From positions 1-64,000 of the IMG/VR virus record IMGVR_UViG_3300033149_006612: a DNA stretch of 64,000 bases; one strand, given 5' to 3'. Below, in pieces: positions 36,838 through 43,924 of this stretch (the stretch's first letter is position 1; every line of letters begins with the position of its first letter). Under the pieces are notes generated by a model. That model made no database searches and was not told the DNA's origin. It saw only the letters and a program-made list of their open reading frames with translations. A program made the position numbers and the translations under genes. The DNA comes from a virus.

Positions 36838-37252
36838 GTATTGCTACGACGGTGATGTCGGGATGGACCTGATCGTCAACGTTGAAGATCAGGTCGTGAT
36901 CCAACCGGGGGAGTTCGCGGACATCCCAACCGGCATCGCGATAAAGCTACCTGAAGGAACTTGGGCCGCCATCCGTCCCCGGAGTTCGACCTTTTTCCGA
37001 CGAAGGTTAATCGTCTATGACGGTACGATCGACAACGGGTATACGGGACCCCTCTATATCGGGGTGTTTAACCCGGGACCGGACGTTCAGATCATCCCGG
37101 AAAAGGCAAAACTGGCTCAACTGGTCATATTTAACCGAGTACCGATAGAGGAGGTTGAATACGTCGACAGCCTTCCCGAAACCCAACGCGGGGAAGCCGG
37201 TATGGGGAGTTCTGACGCGGACGTAGATGGACGATGGACACGTACAACCTAG
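36779..37252 (+). CDS. dut: Trimeric dUTPase
   Basis: GMDL, PTGI, PRSS, GTIDNGYTG, AQLV and RG..G.GSS motifs. Confidence 0.9.
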   Translation: MNKLQVKRLKGHPHRHPELKYCYDGDVGMDLIVNVEDQVVIQPGEFADIPTGIAIKLPEGTWAAIRPRSSTFFRRRLIVYDGTIDNGYTGPLYIGVFNPGPDVQIIPEKAKLAQLVIFNRVPIEEVEYVDSLPETQRGEAGMGSSDADVDGRWTRTT

Positions 37253-38508
37253 ACTTCGAGACCCAGGTCAAGATCCTGGCGATGGCCTGCCAGGATCCAT
37301 CCTTCCTGTTGCAATACCGAGAATGTATAAATGCCGATTTCTTCACCCAAGAATCCTTAGTTCGAATCGCAGCCGTCATCCTTGACCATTTTGACCGTTA
37401 TGACGACGCCCCGGATCGGACGGTAATCCGGCAGATGATCAAGGATCGTCATAACGATTTCGACGAAAACGAGCTTGAAGCCCTGATCGATGCCCTGTTC
37501 CACCCTCAGTATGACGCCGGTTTCGTCAGGGATGCCGTGATCGAATTTGCTAAGCGGGCAGCCTGGAAAGAACACTCCCTGAGATCCATCGATTTAATCG
37601 AATCCGGGGAATGGGAGGAGAAATGGGCCGACATCGAAAAAGGGGCTATGGACGCCCTATCTATAGGAGATCCCCAGCTTTCGATCGGCTATGAATGGAG
37701 GTCCGATCTCCGGGAAAGAATCCTAAACCTAAATAAGAAGGTACCGCGGGTCCCGACCATGATTAGAGGTCTGGATGAAGCCATCAACGGCGGTCTGGCC
37801 GAGGGTGAACTCGGGATAGTGATAGCCCCCACCTCCGGATTTAAATCTACCCTCCTGATGAACTTCGCCGCCACGGCCCTTCTACAGAATAAAAGCGTTT
37901 ACGTCTCCACCCACGAAATCCGAGACGTGTTCTGGGGGAGACGGCTGGACTGCCGTCTGACCGGCATGAACTTTGCCGCCATGAACCGGAATCCGAGCAT
38001 GGCGATCAAGAGGATGGAAACCATCCTCAAGAAATACCGGGCCAAGATAATCATTAAGGAATTCCCATCCGGGCAGGCAACATGGCAGCAGGTCAAGAGG
38101 AACATTAACCTGTGGAGACGTCGAGGTTATCATTTCGACCTGATAATAGTCGACTATCTCGAAGAATTGAGAACTACGATCTCCACCAGGGACCGGCATG
38201 ATCTAAGCCTGAAGAGTATAGCACAGGGGCTTCGAGCGATCGGTCAGGAATTGAAAGTCCCTGTCTGGACGGCCCAGCAGGCCCGTTGGCAGGCCGAAAA
38301 CAGGGACCGGGCTGACTGGACATATGCAGCGAATTCCAAAGGCACCGTCCACGTCTCGGATGTAACGCTTACCATCAACCAGACCAGGGATGAGAAGGAG
38401 GCGAATGAGGCCCGGTTATACGTGACCAAGAACCGCGAAGGTAGGAACCATGTGACCATTCCGGTCTCCATTAACCCGGACTATTTCAGAATCAGCGAAA
38501 ATCCCTGA
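37234..38508 (+). CDS. DnaB-like replicative helicase
   Basis: APTSGFKST Walker A, IIVDY, PVWTAQQ, KNREG. Confidence 0.9.
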   Translation: MDTYNLDFETQVKILAMACQDPSFLLQYRECINADFFTQESLVRIAAVILDHFDRYDDAPDRTVIRQMIKDRHNDFDENELEALIDALFHPQYDAGFVRDAVIEFAKRAAWKEHSLRSIDLIESGEWEEKWADIEKGAMDALSIGDPQLSIGYEWRSDLRERILNLNKKVPRVPTMIRGLDEAINGGLAEGELGIVIAPTSGFKSTLLMNFAATALLQNKSVYVSTHEIRDVFWGRRLDCRLTGMNFAAMNRNPSMAIKRMETILKKYRAKIIIKEFPSGQATWQQVKRNINLWRRRGYHFDLIIVDYLEELRTTISTRDRHDLSLKSIAQGLRAIGQELKVPVWTAQQARWQAENRDRADWTYAANSKGTVHVSDVTLTINQTRDEKEANEARLYVTKNREGRNHVTIPVSINPDYFRISENP

Positions 38509-38514
38509 AGCACT

Positions 38515-39429
38515 ATGGATTATTCAAGGCAGCAGCAACGGATCATCCGGTCCCTTGAAGCCAAACTGGGCTCCGGTAGGAAATCCGGGTGGAACATCTA
38601 TTTTGACTGCCCGTTCTGCAACGATACCCGGCGGAGGATGGGAGTTGAGATCCGGAAGCAGATCTTCGGCTGTTTTAACTGTAATGCCGGTGGGACCCTC
38701 TCGGCGTTGTTTCGGGAGATCGGGGTCGAACGACGGGCAAGGATCGTTCCGGAGAGGGTCATCGGGGAGCCCGAATTCCAGTCGGGTCTAAACAGGATAG
38801 ATCTGCCGGAGCACTACACGCCGATCGGAAATCCGGTGCGTGGATTCCTCATGCGCCGAGCGGTTACCTATCTTCAAAATAGGGGTCTCGGGATGGATTG
38901 GATCGTTAAGCACAATGTCGGTTACTGCCCGGACGGACCTTATATCGATCGGGTCATCTTCCCCATGTTTCACCACGGTGACTGTGTATACTGGGTGGCG
39001 AGGTCCATCATTCCCGACGTCAAACCTAAGACCAAACATCCGGCCGGGGTACGAAGGCCCGTCTGGACATTCGAACCGCCACGCAAGTCGGCCCGAAGAC
39101 TGATTATCGTTGAGGGTCTGTTCGACGCCATCCCGTGCCCCGACTCCGTGGCACTCCTGGGATCGACGGCCAGCCGGTCTCAGCTGGATTTCCTGCTTAA
39201 GCTCAGACCTAAGGAATACATCCTGATGTTTGACGGCGATAAAGCCGGGATCGACGGTGCCGTCAAGCTCGGAACCCGGCTACAGGAGCGGACGGAAGCC
39301 CCGGTTACGGTGGTAGAACTCCCGGACGGTCTAGATCCGGCCGATCTCAGGACGGAGGAGAACCTCCGCCCCTTCATCGAAAACCGGAGAAGACTGGATC
39401 TCCGGTATGTGTTCTCCAGGAGACTCTAA
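38515..39429 (+). CDS. DNA primase (zinc finger plus TOPRIM)
   Basis: CPFC...CFNC, YL..RG, VEGLFDA, FDGDKAG, DPAD. Confidence 0.9.
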   Translation: MDYSRQQQRIIRSLEAKLGSGRKSGWNIYFDCPFCNDTRRRMGVEIRKQIFGCFNCNAGGTLSALFREIGVERRARIVPERVIGEPEFQSGLNRIDLPEHYTPIGNPVRGFLMRRAVTYLQNRGLGMDWIVKHNVGYCPDGPYIDRVIFPMFHHGDCVYWVARSIIPDVKPKTKHPAGVRRPVWTFEPPRKSARRLIIVEGLFDAIPCPDSVALLGSTASRSQLDFLLKLRPKEYILMFDGDKAGIDGAVKLGTRLQERTEAPVTVVELPDGLDPADLRTEENLRPFIENRRRLDLRYVFSRRL

Positions 39430-39437
39430 AAGATTTC

Positions 39438-40211
39438 CTAGAACTCCTTCCTTATTTCGGCCATCCGACGTGAAACCGTGGCCGATGAGACGCCCAGAGC
39501 CTGGAACTCCTTCCTTATTTCGGCCATCCGACGTGAAACCGTGGCCGATGAGACGCCCAGAGCCTGGGCATAATGCTTATTGTGAATCTTTAATTCATTC
39601 AGACCCATTACCAGTTCCCCACGTTCCCTTCGGGCCTGTTTTTCCCTAAACTCGGCTTCCGCCTTCATCCGGATCTCCTCCGGTGGCTCAAGGATCAAAT
39701 CCAGAAGCCGCTTAGCTTTGGGATTCAACCGTTCTCGCAGCTGCGACATCTTGCGGTTGAAATCGATCCTGTTGATCGGATCTTCCGTCGAGTTTTTACC
39801 TCTAAACTCCATCAACATCTTCGGCGGTCTGCCCGATTTAGCGGCGACCTCCTCAAGCTTTTGGATTGAATAAACCGGACTGCGTTTACACCGCTCACCC
39901 ATATTCGGATTCAGCCCCTGGAGGCCTCCTTGTTTGAACTTCTTCCGGATTTCCTTCCATAACGCATTGCGGAAATAGCGGTCGACGTCGTCATATTCGA
40001 TCTCTTTCCCATCCATCAGCATGGGCCTCAGTTCCACGCTACCGTCAGGACGAATCCGGGCCTTCCGTTTCCGGATGATCTCACACCAGAGCAGCAACCC
40101 CTCCTGTCTGAGATCCTCAAACGTGGCCTCATCATCCGAGAATTGACTAGCCAGCTTATTAATGTACCGTTCCTTTGACTTCCATCCGTCGATATCCGTT
40201 TTGTGTTCCAT
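39438..40211 (-). CDS. Sigma-70-like factor with a duplicated C-terminal HTH helix
   Basis: Region-2-like FEDLRQEGLL; region-4-like AQALGVSSATVSRR. Confidence 0.6.
   Translation of the reverse strand: MEHKTDIDGWKSKERYINKLASQFSDDEATFEDLRQEGLLLWCEIIRKRKARIRPDGSVELRPMLMDGKEIEYDDVDRYFRNALWKEIRKKFKQGGLQGLNPNMGERCKRSPVYSIQKLEEVAAKSGRPPKMLMEFRGKNSTEDPINRIDFNRKMSQLRERLNPKAKRLLDLILEPPEEIRMKAEAEFREKQARRERGELVMGLNELKIHNKHYAQALGVSSATVSRRMAEIRKEFQALGVSSATVSRRMAEIRKEF
39441..39566. repeat. Perfect 63-bp tandem duplication at the 3' end of the sigma-like gene
   Basis: 39441-39503 is identical to 39504-39566; encodes QALGVSSATVSRRMAEIRKEF twice. Confidence 0.92.
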
Positions 40212-40267
40212 CCTGGTAATGACCTCCTTCCATATGTTTGATTCTCCGAATCCATCTCACCTGCTTT

Positions 40268-40762
40268 TTATTGGCCAGCTTTGGAACGATCTTCCCTTGT
40301 AACCGCCTCGATCTCGAACGATCGACCCAATGGTGGTGTTGTCTCCTCGGATGGGGTGGAATATGTTTGTATGTATTCCCAGCGGTTGCCACCGATTCGC
40401 CGGGTGGCAACCGGGTCGATCTTGGACTCGGGATTGAAGGGATACTTCCATGCCAGAACGATTGTATCGTCCTGGCAGCCACTGCGGAATTTGCGATAGG
40501 CTTCTCGTTTTGCGCCTAACTCTGTCCGGGCTTGACACCGATATACGGGGCTTGGGCTGGCGTTTGGTGTCTCCACCCAAGCAATCCACGGCCTATTTTT
40601 AGCGAGACGATCCCTGGCCGCGATCAGCTGATCTGCGGAAAGACCTGAGATGTCTGCCAGCAACAGGCACCACGCGTCTGGACTTTCGGCGGATATGATA
40701 TACCCGCCAACCCATAAAACGTTTCTGACACCGTTATATCTTACGACGCTTTCTTCTTTCAT
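40268..40762 (-). CDS. Hypothetical protein
   Basis: 164-aa ORF in the leftward early operon. Confidence 0.55.
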   Translation of the reverse strand: MKEESVVRYNGVRNVLWVGGYIISAESPDAWCLLLADISGLSADQLIAARDRLAKNRPWIAWVETPNASPSPVYRCQARTELGAKREAYRKFRSGCQDDTIVLAWKYPFNPESKIDPVATRRIGGNRWEYIQTYSTPSEETTPPLGRSFEIEAVTREDRSKAGQ

Positions 40763-40777
40763 GACTTTTCCCTTTTT

Positions 40778-41818
40778 TTATAAATAGCCCCCGGCGAAAC
40801 CCCGAGCAGGATCGCCGTACTTGTCGATCACCGGACAATGATCGAGGAACCATCGCACCTGCTTCGGTGAAGCCGACTGTAGGACCACCTTTTCCCGACC
40901 ACCTCTGTCCCGTAATGACGCGATAAATGCACGCCCTTCACGGGCTGCCGCCTCCGGGAGTTCCGGAATGTGGTACCGCTGTTGGAGCAGATTGGCGATC
41001 CCCCAAGGGGCGGATACCGCGTCATATAGGCCACGGGCAGTCCCGATCAGTCTTCCTTGATAGATTCTCACCGCCTGGAGATTACGGGCATGGCGCACGA
41101 TCTTTCGCGCCGCTTCGACATCGGCCAATAACTCTTCAACTTCCCGTCCCTGGAAGAGGGCTCTCCTCTTCGCCCGCCAGGCCATCAGGCGATCGGGATC
41201 GACACCGGGACACTTGCCCCGATAGGCAGCTCCAAGGCAATGATCCGCCGCAGCTGTGAAGACCGCGGTATCGGGAATATGGACCGCCTTCGACCGGAAT
41301 CCTGGTAACGCCGCGTAGACCAACCACTCCCCGTTCTCAAAGTGAATCGTGCCGGAGCGTTCCCGGTTAGATGTGCCGCCGTCGACCTCTTTGAACCCGT
41401 CCGGCCAGACGATGAGGTTGTCACCCTCACTACGACCAAACCAACAAAAGGATGTAAGCCCGGCTACTTCAGACGCGAGCTGGGAAATCACCTGGCCCAA
41501 GCTGGATGCTTGAAGAAATTTTTCGGGCGTTTGCCCATACCCGGGATCACCCGGGCGGTGGTGGTCGATCCGGGTAATCGGTGTGTAATTCTCCGCCTCG
41601 AATTCCAGTTGGAGGTCGAGACAGAAACCACACTCGACCAAGACGATTAAATCCGGTCGATCAGGTCCACCTATCCAGCCGTCCGCCTCGTAGGCGTTGC
41701 CGGGGTGGACCCAATTGGCCCCCACCGAGGCATAGGCGACTGTCTCGCCTACCCCCCGGAGGAGGCGTTCGATCTCATAGATTTCGGGATCTGATGCCCC
41801 GAGTATCCACAGTCTCAT
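40778..41818 (-). CDS. Hypothetical protein with a DHH-like motif
   Basis: LGA.DPE, VEC, IDHHRPGDPGYG, AADHCL..AY.G.CPGV, YGDP.RGFAG; AGGAGGT RBS. Confidence 0.65.
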   Translation of the reverse strand: MRLWILGASDPEIYEIERLLRGVGETVAYASVGANWVHPGNAYEADGWIGGPDRPDLIVLVECGFCLDLQLEFEAENYTPITRIDHHRPGDPGYGQTPEKFLQASSLGQVISQLASEVAGLTSFCWFGRSEGDNLIVWPDGFKEVDGGTSNRERSGTIHFENGEWLVYAALPGFRSKAVHIPDTAVFTAAADHCLGAAYRGKCPGVDPDRLMAWRAKRRALFQGREVEELLADVEAARKIVRHARNLQAVRIYQGRLIGTARGLYDAVSAPWGIANLLQQRYHIPELPEAAAREGRAFIASLRDRGGREKVVLQSASPKQVRWFLDHCPVIDKYGDPARGFAGGYL

Positions 41819-41846
41819 CGTAGCTCACCTCCTGTAGTTTTCAACT

Positions 41847-41876
41847 ATTATAACACAGGGCTATGACGTTCATCAA
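41847..41876 (-). promoter_or_regulatory. Leftward sigma70-type promoter
   Basis: TTGATG-N18-TATAAT with extended -10 (TGTGT TATAAT). Confidence 0.7.
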
Positions 41877-41976
41877 GTGATTTTCGTCACATAACGGATG
41901 GACTCTAGCCGGGCAATAATGGTTCACCTTAAAAATCGAAATTTAAACTGAACCATACTTGGAGCCCATTTACTAC

Positions 41977-42006
41977 TTGACAAAACCTATCCATCTGTGG
42001 TATAAT
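41977..42006 (+). promoter_or_regulatory. Rightward consensus sigma70 promoter driving the ribozyme-punctuated operon
   Basis: TTGACA (41977-41982)-N18-TATAAT (42001-42006) with TG extended -10. Confidence 0.85.
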
Positions 42007-42031
42007 AAAAAGTATGGAAAGGAGAAACACG

Positions 42032-42163
42032 ATGAACAAAGACCCACCGAGGACAATACAGCCCCTGTCGCAAGGCAAGCCACAGGAATCCTACGCTCCC
42101 ACGATGGAGACAGGCAGGGGGTCACGAAGAGGTCGAGCCAGTACGGGTCTGCCAGGACGCTAG
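42032..42163 (+). CDS. Possible 43-aa leader peptide (MNKDPPRTIQ...)
   Basis: AAAGGAGAAACACGATGAACAA start signal identical to that of the 43129 gene. Confidence 0.4.
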   Translation: MNKDPPRTIQPLSQGKPQESYAPTMETGRGSRRGRASTGLPGR

Positions 42164-42298
42164 AGGCCGAGGCAACGGATGACGCCGAGCAGAGCCACCC
42201 GGAGAGCGATGAAGACCTCGATTGAACGTGAGCGAATCGGGTAAGCCCACACCATGTGGCCGCCACCCGACCGAGCACCAGGTGCCGGTATAGTAAAT

Positions 42299-42365
42299 GA
42301 CCTGTCCGGACATACCGATTGAGTCCGCTGATGAGGATGGGGGTAGGGTCCCATCGAAACAGGTC
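42299..42365 (+). ncRNA. Hammerhead ribozyme, type III (HH1)
   Basis: Stem III GACCUG/CAGGUC; GUC site with cleavage after 42306; stem I CGGAC/GUCCG; CUGAUGA; stem II GAUGGG/CCCAUC; GAAA; loop-loop complementarity UACC/GGUA. Confidence 0.88.
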
Positions 42366-42377
42366 TTGGAGGTTACC

Positions 42378-42665
42378 ATGGCAGAGCGTTATACTCCTCA
42401 AGTTGGAGATCATTTAGTCCCCGACGGCTGGGGGTTTGGTGAGAATCTGGAAGCCGATGACGGGTATAGTGACGGCAGTTTCCCCGGATGTGAATTCCGG
42501 CTTCCGGCGGGCCTTGACCGTGTATACCGGCTTGCAGTCAACGTGAAGGTCACCGGCGGTGACCACATCGTGAACTTCGGCAGGTATCGGTCCCGCTGCA
42601 GGATCGAGTTTGTCGGTGACGGTGAACCGAGCACCTTCACCGGTGGATGGATCTACCACTCCTAA
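42378..42665 (+). CDS. Hypothetical 95-aa protein (cassette 1)
   Basis: GGAGG at 42368-42372 before MAERYTP; the track extension to 42297 runs through the ribozyme. Confidence 0.7.
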   Translation: MAERYTPQVGDHLVPDGWGFGENLEADDGYSDGSFPGCEFRLPAGLDRVYRLAVNVKVTGGDHIVNFGRYRSRCRIEFVGDGEPSTFTGGWIYHS

Positions 42666-42666
42666 A

Positions 42667-42730
42667 GCCGAAACCAGCCGAAAGGCTGGTCTGCTGGAGA
42701 TAACCTCCCAGCACTGATGATGGCAGGTTA
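42667..42730 (+). ncRNA. Hammerhead ribozyme, type II with pseudoknot (HH2)
   Basis: GCC-GAAA-CCAGCC gaaa GGCUGG-UC (cleavage after 42691)-UGCUGG...CCAGCA-CUGAUGA-u-GGC; loop UAACCU pairs with 3' AGGUUA. Confidence 0.92.
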
Positions 42731-42750
42731 CCATCGAGGAGGTTTTTACC

Positions 42751-43023
42751 ATGGAATGCCCACTTTGCGGTTCCCGCGGTTCTCGTTTCCTTAAGCCCCA
42801 TCCGAGCGTTTTCGGCGTTTACGAATGCCGAAAATGCCGAGCATTGTTCGGCGAATGCTACCTGGGAGATAGCTATTCGCTAGTGTCTCCCATGTGGTCC
42901 CGGCAGGACGTCGAGGATACCGAATGCCGGTACTTCGATTTCATCTGTGTGGGATCCGGTGGGATCACACGCAGGCATGGTTGGTTCAATCCGGCTGACG
43001 GTCGGATCGTTCAAACCGGTTGA
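42751..43023 (+). CDS. Zinc-ribbon hypothetical protein (cassette 2)
   Basis: GAGGAGG RBS; CPLC...CRKC; YFDF...RRHGW......QTG. Confidence 0.75.
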   Translation: MECPLCGSRGSRFLKPHPSVFGVYECRKCRALFGECYLGDSYSLVSPMWSRQDVEDTECRYFDFICVGSGGITRRHGWFNPADGRIVQTG

Positions 43024-43027
43024 GTAA

Positions 43028-43093
43028 GCCGAAACCGGCTAGAGATAGCCGGTCTAGCCGGGATGACCTCCGGCTACTGATGATGGTAGGTCA
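43028..43093 (+). ncRNA. Hammerhead ribozyme, type II with pseudoknot (HH3)
   Basis: GCC-GAAA-CCGGCUA gaga UAGCCGG-UC (cleavage after 43054)-UAGCCGG...CCGGCUA-CUGAUGA-u-GGU; UGACCU pairs with AGGUCA. Confidence 0.92.
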
Positions 43094-43128
43094 CTCTAAC
43101 GTTAAAAGAAAATAAAAGGAGAAACACG

Positions 43129-43536
43129 ATGAACAACGAGGTAATCGAAATCCAAGTCGCTTGCACTGACAACATCACGGCTAAATGGGCCGTGATTAAA
43201 CTGATGGTTAAGACGTCGGTCATCGACGTCTTAAGCAGATGCGATAACGGCGTCTACAAACCGCAGGTCAAGACCGGAGAGGAGATGTTCGCAATCCGTC
43301 CGGTAGTGGATGCGGTCGACATCGAGATGATCTGCCCCACCGGGGTGGTCAAGTGGGTCGCCAAACCCGGGGAGGAGATGTTCGCATTGGTCCGCCCGAT
43401 AGTGGAGGCGATCGACATCGAGCTGGGTTGCCCCACCGGGCAGATCAAGTGGGTCGTCAAAACCGACGGGATCGTCTCCATCCACGCCGTCGATGACCAG
43501 GGAATGGAGACGGTATCAATCATCAACCTGTGCTGA
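43129..43536 (+). CDS. Hypothetical protein with an internal repeat of about 32 aa (cassette 3)
   Basis: K.GEEMFA..RP.V.A.DIE..CPTG..KWV.K twice; AAGGAG RBS. Confidence 0.7.
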   Translation: MNNEVIEIQVACTDNITAKWAVIKLMVKTSVIDVLSRCDNGVYKPQVKTGEEMFAIRPVVDAVDIEMICPTGVVKWVAKPGEEMFALVRPIVEAIDIELGCPTGQIKWVVKTDGIVSIHAVDDQGMETVSIINLC

Positions 43537-43538
43537 CA

Positions 43539-43607
43539 GCCGAAATGCCGGGGGACCTCCCCCGGCATCTGCCGGAGATGACCTCCCGGCACTGATGAGG
43601 CAGGTCA
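43539..43607 (+). ncRNA. Hammerhead ribozyme, type II with pseudoknot (HH4)
   Basis: GCC-GAAA-UGCCGGGGG accu CCCCCGGCA-UC (cleavage after 43569)-UGCCGG...CCGGCA-CUGAUGA-GGC; UGACCU pairs with AGGUCA. Confidence 0.92.
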
Positions 43608-43639
43608 AATAATTCACCAAATCAGAAAGGAGAAAACAG

Positions 43640-43834
43640 ATGAAGGAAACGGGCATAGACGGAAACTGCCCCAGCTGGCCCGGTGCCAGCGAAGTTTACT
43701 CCAAGGCATACCGCTATATGGAGAAACATGGAGCAGACCACGCATTAATCAAAGCCCTGGAAAAGGGTAATGAAGAGGAGGTCAAAGCAAATATGCTCAG
43801 GATAAACACCGAATCGCTCCTGAGCATGGAATGA
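43640..43834 (+). CDS. Hypothetical 64-aa protein (cassette 4)
   Basis: AAAGGAG RBS directly after HH4. Confidence 0.65.
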   Translation: MKETGIDGNCPSWPGASEVYSKAYRYMEKHGADHALIKALEKGNEEEVKANMLRINTESLLSME

Positions 43835-43924
43835 AAGCCAATTAATAATCGTGAATCTGTTACCTATTAGTGCGCCGGGGGTGCCCCCGGCGCACAGGAG
43901 AAACGCACACACAGGAGGAACACG

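Noticed and set aside
41959-42225. 88-aa ORF from the track
   Set aside because: It starts upstream of and runs through the consensus promoter; the RBS in this region serves a different frame (ATG 42032).
42297-42377. N-terminal extension of the cassette 1 ORF
   Set aside because: It spans hammerhead HH1 and its cleavage site; GGAGG supports the start at 42378.
42667-43607. Repeated elements read as a CRISPR array, attC sites or terminators
   Set aside because: Conservation is limited to hammerhead core nucleotides, the spacers are whole genes, there are no U-tails, and no cas or integrase gene is present.
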